Shown here: one piece after another, positions 9,186-16,922 of the stretch | Numbering within the stretch: the first letter of the stretch is position 1 | Layout of the letters: the number at the start of each line of letters is the position of its first letter | DNA from: Actinomycetota bacterium | GTDB lineage: Bacteria > Actinomycetota > Actinomycetes > Streptosporangiales > Streptosporangiaceae | NCBI GenBank assembly: GCA_003541285.1 | Contig: DPMS01000234.1 | Coordinates: 12,559 to 50,414, forward strand | Reading direction: 5' to 3' | DNA: 37,856 nucleotides | Made by a program: the position numbers and the translations under genes | The notes under the pieces: generated by a model | Database searches by the model: none | Told to the model about the DNA's origin: nothing | Seen by the model: the letters and a program-made list of their open reading frames with translations, nothing else

Positions 9186-10613
9186 ATGAAGCAGCTCGGC
9201 GCCCTAGTCAATGGCAAGCCGATCGAGACGGCGGGCACCGTGGACGTCACTGACCCGTCTTCTGGCGAGGTCTTCGCCCGCACCGCGGACTGCGGTCCCG
9301 CCGAGATCGACCAGGCGGTGATGGCCGCGCGTGAGGCCGCTGCCTCGTGGCGGCACGTCCCGGTGGCCGAACGGGCGCGCGTGCTGCGGGAGATCTCCCG
9401 GCTGATCGGGCGGCACACCGCCGATCTCGCGCGGCTCGAGGCGCAGCAGACAGGCAAGCCGCTGCGGCAGGCCCGCCGGGATACGGAGATCACCGGCAGG
9501 TATTTCGACTTCTACGCCAGCGCTATCGAAACGTTCTACGGGTCGACGATCCCGCTCGACGACAGCACCTTCGTCTACACGACATGGGAACCGCACGGCG
9601 TCACCGCGCACATCATCCCGTGGAACTACCCGCTGCAGATACTCGGCCGGTCGGTGGCACCATCGCTGGCGATGGGGAACTGCTGCGTCCTCAAACCCGC
9701 GGAGGAGGCGCCCCTGACCGCGCTGCGCCTGGGAGAACTGGCCCTGGAAGCGGGGCTGCCTGCAGGGGCGCTTAATGTCGTGACCGGATTCGGTGAGACG
9801 GCAGGAGCGGCGCTCACCGCGCACCCGGGCATCGACCACATCTCGTTCACCGGCTCGGTCGAGGTTGGCCGGCTCATCAGCAAGGCGGCAGCGGACCGGA
9901 CCATCCCGGTGACCATGGAATTGGGTGGCAAGTCACCCAATATCGTCTTCGCCGACGCGGAGATCGACCGCGCCCTGCCGGTCATCGTCAATTCAATCCT
10001 GCAGAACGCCGGGCAGACATGCTCCGCCGGTTCCCGGCTCATCGTGCAAGACAGCATCCACGACCTGCTTGTCGGGCGCATCGCCGAGACATTCGCCGCC
10101 GTGGACATCGGCCCTGCCCTGGAAGACCCGGCGCTCGGCCCGCTGATCTCCGAAGTCCAGCGCGAGCGCGTGCTCTCGTACATTGACCAGGGTCGTGCCC
10201 ACGCCTCCATCCGCTACGGGGGCGGCGCTCTGAACGGCGGCCGGTACGGCCACGGGTTCTTCGTCCAGCCGACACTCATCGACGGCGTCGACCCGGCCAG
10301 CACGCTGGGGCAGGAGGAGGTATTCGGGCCCGTCCTGGCCGTCACTGCGTTCCGCGACGCTGACGAGGCGGTGAGGTTGGCGAATGGCACCGACTACGGC
10401 CTGGTCTCAGGGGTGTGGACCTCGGACGTCAAGACGGCGCACCGGATGGTGCGCGATATCGTCGCCGGCCAGGTGTTCGTCAACACGTACGGCGCATCAG
10501 GAGGTGTCGAGCTGCCGTTTGGTGGCTTCAAGCGATCCGGTCACGGGCGGGAGAAGGGCGCCGAGGGACTGCGTGGCTTCGGCCAGATCAAGACCGCGGT
10601 TATCGCGCTGTGA
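9186..10613 (+). CDS. NAD(P)-dependent aldehyde dehydrogenase
   Basis: GAGGAG RBS; IIPWNYPL, VLKPAEEAPLTA, FTGSVEVGR, ELGGKSP (catalytic Glu), QNAGQTCSAGSR (catalytic Cys), EEVFGPVL. 475 aa. Confidence 0.9.
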   Translation: MKQLGALVNGKPIETAGTVDVTDPSSGEVFARTADCGPAEIDQAVMAAREAAASWRHVPVAERARVLREISRLIGRHTADLARLEAQQTGKPLRQARRDTEITGRYFDFYASAIETFYGSTIPLDDSTFVYTTWEPHGVTAHIIPWNYPLQILGRSVAPSLAMGNCCVLKPAEEAPLTALRLGELALEAGLPAGALNVVTGFGETAGAALTAHPGIDHISFTGSVEVGRLISKAAADRTIPVTMELGGKSPNIVFADAEIDRALPVIVNSILQNAGQTCSAGSRLIVQDSIHDLLVGRIAETFAAVDIGPALEDPALGPLISEVQRERVLSYIDQGRAHASIRYGGGALNGGRYGHGFFVQPTLIDGVDPASTLGQEEVFGPVLAVTAFRDADEAVRLANGTDYGLVSGVWTSDVKTAHRMVRDIVAGQVFVNTYGASGGVELPFGGFKRSGHGREKGAEGLRGFGQIKTAVIAL

Positions 10614-11758
10614 CCACCGAACAGGCCCCGCTGCCGCGGCCACTGCCGCCTGAGGCGGCGCTGCCCATGGACATCCATGACGAGCGGCTGGACACGCCCG
10701 CGATCCTTGTTGATCTCGGCGCCGTCGAGGCGAACGTCGCCAGGATGGCGGCCTTCGCGCAGCGGGCTGGGCTGCTGCTGCGGCCACACGTGAAGACCCA
10801 CAAGAGCCTGGCCATGGCCCGGCGGCAGCTGGCGGCCGGCGCGGCGGGGCTGTGCGTGGCGACGGCCTCCGAGGCCGCGGTGATGGCCGGCACTGGGGTG
10901 AATGACATCGTGCTGGCTTACCCCCTGGTGGGACGACGCAAGCTGGAACGGGTCGCAGCACTGATCGTCGGTTCGGTGCTCACTTTGGTCACTGACTCCA
11001 GCGAGGTGACGGAAGGCTACCGGGGCCTCGCCCGGCAACTCGGCCACGTGGTGCCCGTGCTGGTCGAGGTCGACTCGGGCATGAATCGCGCTGGAGCGGA
11101 TCCGCGTTCGGTGGTCAAGGTAGCCAGCGATGTGGCGCGGGGTGACGGGCTGAAGTTCCGCGGGATTCTGACGCATGCCGGTCATGCCCACGACACGACA
11201 GACCCGCTATCCATCGAGCGGGTCGCCAGGCGCGAAGCGCGCATCATGGGCGCCGTCCGGGAGGAGCTCGAAGCAGCAGGGCTCGAGGTCCCGGTCGTGT
11301 CTGCCGGGTCAACGCTCACCGCTCCGTACCTCCGGGCGTCCGACGGCATCACCGAGATCCGCCCCGGCACATACATCTACAACGATCTCCGGACGCTCGG
11401 ATGCTACGCCTGCACGCACGACGCGATCGCAGCGACAGCCCTGGCGACAGTGGTCAGCCTGAACGGTGACCGCGTCACCATCGACGCCGGCGGAAAGACG
11501 CTTACCCCCTCGATCGACGCCATCTACGGTCTCGGGCACTTGCGCGGTGACCCGGACGCGCCTGTCGCGCGTCTGTCAGAGGAGCACGGTGTGCTCACGG
11601 TGGACGGCGCTGAGTCGCGGGTGGCGATCGGGGATCGCGTCCAGGTTCTGCCCGTCCACGTATGTGCCTGGATGGACCTGCACGCTGAGGTCTACGGCGT
11701 ACGCGGTGGCCACATCGTCGAACGCATCTCAGTCGACGCCATGCGGCACAGCCTTTGA
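10610..11758 (+). CDS. alanine-racemase-fold PLP enzyme of the D-threonine aldolase / D-serine deaminase-like (DSD1/D-TA) family
   Basis: TPAILVDLGAVEANVARMAAFAQRAGLLLRPHVKTHKS (PLP-Lys motif HxKT) and C-terminal EEHGVL...GDRVQVLPVHVC. GTG 10610 overlaps the ALDH stop (GTGA). ATG 10667 is an alternative start. Confidence 0.8.
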   Translation: MTTEQAPLPRPLPPEAALPMDIHDERLDTPAILVDLGAVEANVARMAAFAQRAGLLLRPHVKTHKSLAMARRQLAAGAAGLCVATASEAAVMAGTGVNDIVLAYPLVGRRKLERVAALIVGSVLTLVTDSSEVTEGYRGLARQLGHVVPVLVEVDSGMNRAGADPRSVVKVASDVARGDGLKFRGILTHAGHAHDTTDPLSIERVARREARIMGAVREELEAAGLEVPVVSAGSTLTAPYLRASDGITEIRPGTYIYNDLRTLGCYACTHDAIAATALATVVSLNGDRVTIDAGGKTLTPSIDAIYGLGHLRGDPDAPVARLSEEHGVLTVDGAESRVAIGDRVQVLPVHVCAWMDLHAEVYGVRGGHIVERISVDAMRHSL

Positions 11759-11770
11759 GGCGGCGGCGTC

Positions 11771-12907
11771 GTGACAAGGGAGTACGTCTGCGCTGACTGC
11801 GGCGCGGCACTACCGGTCACACTCGGCCGCTGGGCTTGCGATGAGTGCGGCGGCCCGCTCGATCTCCGGCGGGCCGGGCTGGAGTGGCGGCATGGCCTGG
11901 CCGGGACTCGTGGCTGGCCCGGCTCTTGCCCGGCGCTGCCGTGCGAGGAGTGGGCGCTCGACCGCGCCTGGCTGGGGGAGGTGCCCACGCCGCTGGTTGA
12001 GATGCCGTCCGGTTCGGCGGTATGGCTCAAGTGCGATCATCTGATGCCGACGGGGTCGTTCAAGGACCGGGGCGCGGTTGTCCTTGCCGCGCTGGCGCTT
12101 GAACTCGGTGCGTCACGCATCATCAGCGACAGTAGCGGCAACGCTGCGGCAGCTATTGCTGCGCACGCGGCACGGGTGCGGATACCGTGCGAGGTCTTCG
12201 TGCCCCAGCGGACCTCCTCGCGGAAGGTCCGCCAGGCGCAGGGATACGGGGCCGAGGTTCATCTCGTGCCGGGCGGGCGGGCGGAGGCAGCGGCTGCCGC
12301 GCAGTGGGCCAGCCGTGCTGAGGGCGTGCTCTATGCCAGCCATGCCGCAAACCCCCACTTCCACCATGGAGTCAAGGCGTGGGCCTATGAAGTCCGGGAG
12401 CAGCTTGGCGCCGCACCTGACACAGTGGTCGTGCCGGTCGGCAGCGGCAGCCTGCTGCTCGGGATTGCGATCGGCTTCCGGGAACTCCTCGATAGCGGCA
12501 GCATCGCCGCGATGCCCCGCCTGGTGGCGGTTCAGTCGGCCGGCTGTGCCCCGCTCGCTGGCTGGCCACCCGCGGGCACGCCGCCAGGCCCGGGCGCTCA
12601 CCCGGTCGCAGAAGGTATCGCAGTACCCCAGCCGATCCGGCTCAGGCAGTTGCGCCAGGCAGTGGACCGTTCCAGCGGAACGGTGGTCGTGGTTGACGAC
12701 CAGCAGATTCTCCACGCCCACCGTGACCTGGCACGCAGCGGTCTTTGCGTGGAGCCGACGTCCGCCGTGGCATGGGCGGGCTGGCAGGCCCTGGCGGCCG
12801 GAGACCTCCCGCCTGGCCGGTCCGTTATCGCGCTCACCGGCTCCGGCCTGAAAACCGACCCACCTGAATCGCAGATACCGCAGATGCCCGGGAAGGGATT
12901 GCTGTGA
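11771..12907 (+). CDS. threonine-synthase-like fold-type II PLP enzyme with N-terminal Cys4 zinc ribbon
   Basis: CADCGA...CDECGG ribbon, MPTGSFKDRGA (PLP-Lys motif of threonine synthase/TrpB-like enzymes), SSGNAAAA, VPVGSGSLLLG. GAGG lies 9 nt before GTG 11771. Confidence 0.8.
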   Translation: MTREYVCADCGAALPVTLGRWACDECGGPLDLRRAGLEWRHGLAGTRGWPGSCPALPCEEWALDRAWLGEVPTPLVEMPSGSAVWLKCDHLMPTGSFKDRGAVVLAALALELGASRIISDSSGNAAAAIAAHAARVRIPCEVFVPQRTSSRKVRQAQGYGAEVHLVPGGRAEAAAAAQWASRAEGVLYASHAANPHFHHGVKAWAYEVREQLGAAPDTVVVPVGSGSLLLGIAIGFRELLDSGSIAAMPRLVAVQSAGCAPLAGWPPAGTPPGPGAHPVAEGIAVPQPIRLRQLRQAVDRSSGTVVVVDDQQILHAHRDLARSGLCVEPTSAVAWAGWQALAAGDLPPGRSVIALTGSGLKTDPPESQIPQMPGKGLL

Positions 12908-13317
12908 GAGAAGTCATGACAAGCGCCGCGCCCCAGCCGACCGGCCCCTACTCTCAGGCGATCAGCGCTGGCGGTCTGGTTTTCGTCGCCGGGCAGCGCC
13001 CGCAGGACCCAGTGACCGCGCAAATAGCGGAAGGGGTGGCCGCACAAACGCGCCAGGTCCTCCAGAACGTCCGCAGCGTGCTGGAGGCGGCGGGATGCAC
13101 CCTCGCCGACGTCGTGAAGGTGACCGTCCACCTAGCCGACCTGTGCGACTTCGACAAGTTCAATGCCGTCTACCGCGAGTTCTTCCAGGAGCCTTACCCC
13201 GCCCGCACGACGGTAGGATCGTCGTTGCGGGGCATACTCGTCGAGATTGACGTCATCGCTATCGCACCCGCCGCGCGGGAGCCAGGTGGCCGGCCCGCCG
13301 CCTGTAGCTACCTGTGA
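12904..13317 (+). CDS. ridA: RidA/YjgF/UK114-family reactive enamine-imine deaminase
   Basis: APQPTGPYSQAISAGGLVFVAGQ...VKVTVHLADL..F..FN.VY..FF...PARTTV...L.....VEIDVIA. GTG 12904 overlaps the preceding stop (GTGA). ATG 12916 is an alternative start. Confidence 0.9.
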   Translation: MREVMTSAAPQPTGPYSQAISAGGLVFVAGQRPQDPVTAQIAEGVAAQTRQVLQNVRSVLEAAGCTLADVVKVTVHLADLCDFDKFNAVYREFFQEPYPARTTVGSSLRGILVEIDVIAIAPAAREPGGRPAACSYL

Positions 13318-13375
13318 TTGCCGGCCGCGTCGTATGGGTCCACGTCTCAGGCGGCAGCCAGTGGAGGAGGTCCAA

Positions 13376-14059
13376 GTGTCCGCACCTGCTTCGGCATGGG
13401 ACGACCACGACACTCGGCCAGCCGAGGCGACCGCCAGCCGGTCCGCCGAGGTTTACGAAGAACTGCGGCGGGCGATTGTGGAAGGGCGGATCAGGCCGAA
13501 TGAGCGGCTGATCGAGACGGAACTCGCGGAGCGCCTGTCGGTGAGCCGGACGCCGATCAGGGAGAGCATCCAGCGGCTGGCAGCCGACGGGCTGGTGGAG
13601 AGCCGACGCCGCGGCTGGGTCGTCCGTGAGCACTCCGCCCAAGAGATACAGGAGATCTACGAGGTCCGCGCTGCCCTCGAGGGTTTCGCTGCCAGGCTCG
13701 CGGCGCAGCGGGCCACGGATGACATGCTCAGCAACATCGCCGCTATCCATTCGAATTACATCCGGGAACTTGAGCACTCTACCCGCGACCACATGGTGCG
13801 GCACAACGACGAATTCCACGACGCCATCATTGCGGCTGCAGGCAACACCCGGCTCGCCGAGCAGATCAGGCGCAGCCGCGACTACTACGTCATCCACCGC
13901 ATCACAGGGTTCCTGACCGACGAGGACGTCCGGACGTCACTCGCCGGCCACCAGGAACTCATCGATGCGCTACTCGCACGTGACCCTGACAAAGCCGAAT
14001 TGGTCGCGCGAACGAATGTTCTCAGTGGGCTCGATAAGACCCTCGCACGCCTTCTCTGA
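13376..14059 (+). CDS. GntR-family transcriptional regulator (FadR/FCD C-terminal domain)
   Basis: GGAGGAGG RBS 6 nt before GTG 13376. wHTH: VYEELRRAIVEGRIRPNERLIETELAERLSVSRTPIRESIQRLAADGLV. The FCD-like helical C-terminus has EFHDAII and the HQELIDALLARD region. Confidence 0.85.
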   Translation: MSAPASAWDDHDTRPAEATASRSAEVYEELRRAIVEGRIRPNERLIETELAERLSVSRTPIRESIQRLAADGLVESRRRGWVVREHSAQEIQEIYEVRAALEGFAARLAAQRATDDMLSNIAAIHSNYIRELEHSTRDHMVRHNDEFHDAIIAAAGNTRLAEQIRRSRDYYVIHRITGFLTDEDVRTSLAGHQELIDALLARDPDKAELVARTNVLSGLDKTLARLL

Positions 14060-14063
14060 CCGA

Positions 14064-14327
14064 TCAACGATCACTGCGTCGAGGGCTGTCCTCGGGGGTG
14101 GCGCTGCGGCCGATGGGGGTGGCCAGCCCTTCGTCGCGCTCGCCGGGGGTCTGGGATCCGGTGGCGATCCAGCCCGGGGCTACGGCGTTGACGGTGATTC
14201 CGTGCCTGGCGGCGTCGATTGCGGCCGCGCGGGTGAGGCCGACCATGCCTGCCCTGGCCCGGGCGTAGGCGGCATCGGCGCGTATCGCCATCACCGGACC
14301 GGTCACGCTGGCGACCATGATGATCCG
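14064..14327 (-). pseudogene. C-terminal remnant of an SDR-family oxidoreductase
   Basis: Minus-strand translation RIIMVASVTGPVMA..AAYARARAGMVGLTRAAAIDAARHGITVNAVAPGWIATG...PIGRSATPED matches the SDR core from the (I/V)xxxS(S/V) strand onward. There is no Rossmann TGxxxGIG region upstream, the catalytic YxxxK reads YARAR, and the C-terminus is cut off next to the GntR gene. Confidence 0.5.
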
Positions 14328-14496
14328 CCGCCAGTCGCGGCTGGTCATGGGGCAGGGCCGCCTTGGTGACCAGAAGGCCGTGGTCAGGTTCCGGTCGGGC
14401 GACGCCTGCCAGGCCGGCCGGCTTCCCTGACCCGGGAAGGCCTGCGCGCTGGCCCGCCAGGGCCGCTTCCTGGGACGCAAGATAGCCTTCGGGCCT

Positions 14497-16821
14497 ATGG
14501 TGCAGCGCCTCGATCCTCTGGAGACCACGCCGCCTGCCTTCGAGGTGGAGGCAGCCAGGCAAGTCCTCCGGGACGGCTTCGGTATGGAAGCGTCCCTCAC
14601 CGCCCTCGCGGGCGAACGGGACCAGAACTTCCGGGTGGACGCCGGGCCCGGGCGGCGCTTCCTGTTCAAGATCTCTAATCCGGCGGATGGCCCATCGATC
14701 GTGGACATGCAGACCGCTGCTCTCCGCCACATCGAGCGGGTGGATCCGGGCCTGCCGGTGATGCGTGTCCTGCCGGGCACGACGGGGGAACCCTGGGTCG
14801 AGGTCCCGGGGCCTGACGGCCGGGTGTACCTCGCGCGGCTGTTCACGTTCCTGCCCGGGCAGGTGACGGCGGCATCGGCGCTCACCACCCGGGCGATCTG
14901 GTCTTTCGGGCAGATCACAGCCCGTCTGGGGCGGGCGCTGCGGGGCTTTTTCCACCCTGCGGCCGACTACGAGATCTTGTGGGACGTCACGCACGCGCTC
15001 AAGCTCCGCCCGCTGCTCACTCACCTCTCTGACGGTGAGCGCAAGGCTCAGGTGGAACGGGTCCTGGACCGGTTCGAGGCACGGGTCGCCCCGGTGCTGC
15101 CGGAACTGCGCGCACAGGTGATCCACGGCGACATGAGCCTGGACAACGTGCTGCTGGGTGATGATCTTCGGGTCAGCGGGATCGTGGACTTTGGGGACAT
15201 GACCCATGCGGCACTGGTGTGTGATCTGGCTGTCGCCGTCGCGGATGTGCTCCACGGCCGTGATGACGCCATCGAGGCGGCCGATGCGATGATCGGCGGC
15301 TACGTCTCGGTGACGCCATTGGAAGACGAGGAGGCCGGCCTCCTCGCGGACCTGGTCGCGGCCCGGCTTGCCACGGAGGTCGCGGTCAGCGCCTGGCGGA
15401 GCGGGCTCTACCCGGGCAACGCCGCCTACAGCGTGAGCGGCGAGCCCGGGGCCCGCGCCTTCCTCGACGGCATTGAGGCAATGGGGATGGATGCTGTCGC
15501 GCGGCGTTTCCGGGAAGCCTGCCGCGGGCTGCCCTACCGCCGGTCCGCCACTGGCGATCTGCTGGAGCGGCGCCGGCGGGTGCTGCCCCGGTCGCCGTTG
15601 TTCTATGACCACCCGGTGCACCTGGTCCGCGGGGAGGGGGTCTGGCTGTTCGCACCTGACGGCCGACGGTATCTCGACTGCTACAACAACGTGCCCGTGG
15701 TCGGCCACAGCCACCCCCGGGTTGTGCGGGCGGTGGCCGGACAGCAGCGGCTCCTGGCGGCCCACAGCCGCTATCTGCACGAGGCGATCGTCGAACTCGC
15801 TGAGCGGCTCACAGCCACTGTGCCGCCCGGGCTCGACGCCGTCCTGGTCGTGAACTCCGGCAGCGAGGCCAACGACCTCGCGTGGCGGATCGCCCGCGCG
15901 GCTACCGGGCGGGCTGGCGCGGTGGTGAGCGCCTATGCCTACCACGGCCTGACCGAGGCCACCCACGCCTTCTCGCCCGAGGAGTGGGCCAAGGGCGAGC
16001 GGCCCGCGCATGTCGCTACGGTCCCCGCGCCCGACGGGTATCGCGGCGCTTACCGGCGAGAAGAAGACGGGTGGGCTGAGCGGTATGCCACCCATGTCGA
16101 CGGCGCCGCGGACGCGCTCGGCGACCGCGGCCTGGCTGCCATGTATGTTGATCCGGCTTTCACGGCCGACGGCATCCTGTCGCCCCCGCCCGCCTACCTG
16201 CGAGAAGCGGCCCAGCGGGTGCAGGCTCTGGGCGGCCTGCTGGTAGCCGACGAAGTGCAGGCCGGTCATGGCCGGTCCGGCACCCACCTGTGGAGCTTCC
16301 AGGCCTCAGGAATCGAGCCTGACATGGTGGTGATGGGAAAGCCGATGGGCAACGGCTTCCCGGTCGCCGCCCTCGTGGCCCGGTCCGGGGTACTTGAGAC
16401 CGTTCCGGAGGAGACCGAGCTGTTCAGCACCTTCGGCGGTAACCCGGTGGCCTGCGTGGCCGCGCTCGCCGTCCTCGACGTCATCGAGGATGAGAGCCTG
16501 GTGGCAAACGCCGCGCAGACCGGCGCCTACCTCAGGCAGGGCCTGATGGCACTCGCGGAGCGCCACCCTCTCATCGGGGACGTCCGCGGCGAAGGCCTCC
16601 TGCTCGGCGTCGAACTCGTTGACGACCAGCAGACCCGTGCGCCCGCAGCCGGGCACGCCCGGAGGGTCACTGAGGCGATGCGGGAGCGGGGCATACTGAT
16701 CAGTGCTACCGGCCCGGCTGGAAACGTGCTGAAGGTCCGGCCCCCCCTTGTTTTCCAGTGCGAACACGCCGACCTTTTCCTCCAGACCCTCGACGACGTC
16801 CTCGCCTCTTCCCGTCACTGA
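14497..16821 (+). CDS. fusion protein: APH/hydroxylysine-kinase-like phosphotransferase domain + class-III aminotransferase (phospholyase-like) domain
   Basis: N-terminal half: LTALAGERDQNFRV, QVIHGDMSLDNVLL, IVDFGDM (APH-type HxDxxxxN and DFG motifs). C-terminal half: DCYNNVPVVGHSHPRVV, VNSGSEANDLAWRIAR, LVADEVQAGHGRSG, MGKPMGNGFPVAA (PLP Lys), STFGGNP. 774 aa. Confidence 0.85.
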   Translation: MVQRLDPLETTPPAFEVEAARQVLRDGFGMEASLTALAGERDQNFRVDAGPGRRFLFKISNPADGPSIVDMQTAALRHIERVDPGLPVMRVLPGTTGEPWVEVPGPDGRVYLARLFTFLPGQVTAASALTTRAIWSFGQITARLGRALRGFFHPAADYEILWDVTHALKLRPLLTHLSDGERKAQVERVLDRFEARVAPVLPELRAQVIHGDMSLDNVLLGDDLRVSGIVDFGDMTHAALVCDLAVAVADVLHGRDDAIEAADAMIGGYVSVTPLEDEEAGLLADLVAARLATEVAVSAWRSGLYPGNAAYSVSGEPGARAFLDGIEAMGMDAVARRFREACRGLPYRRSATGDLLERRRRVLPRSPLFYDHPVHLVRGEGVWLFAPDGRRYLDCYNNVPVVGHSHPRVVRAVAGQQRLLAAHSRYLHEAIVELAERLTATVPPGLDAVLVVNSGSEANDLAWRIARAATGRAGAVVSAYAYHGLTEATHAFSPEEWAKGERPAHVATVPAPDGYRGAYRREEDGWAERYATHVDGAADALGDRGLAAMYVDPAFTADGILSPPPAYLREAAQRVQALGGLLVADEVQAGHGRSGTHLWSFQASGIEPDMVVMGKPMGNGFPVAALVARSGVLETVPEETELFSTFGGNPVACVAALAVLDVIEDESLVANAAQTGAYLRQGLMALAERHPLIGDVRGEGLLLGVELVDDQQTRAPAAGHARRVTEAMRERGILISATGPAGNVLKVRPPLVFQCEHADLFLQTLDDVLASSRH

Positions 16822-16822
16822 T

Positions 16823-16838
16823 TGCCTGGTGCCAGGCA
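16823..16838. terminator. short hairpin between convergent genes (candidate intrinsic terminator)
   Basis: TGCCTGG-TG-CCAGGCA palindrome 2 nt after the stop at 16821, followed by GGATTTTCGG. The stem is short, so this is tentative. Confidence 0.3.
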
Positions 16839-16922
16839 TGTGGACGGATTTTCGGCACGTATTTCGGTGTGCGGGCTGACCGTGTTCCCGCGTCCCCGCA
16901 AGCGGCGGGTCCGCGGTCACCC

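Noticed and set aside
14071-16287. 738-aa minus-strand ORF overlapping the kinase-aminotransferase gene
   Set aside because: This is a shadow ORF. The plus-strand frame contains APH and class-III aminotransferase motifs, while the minus-strand translation is Arg/Pro/Gly-rich without motifs.
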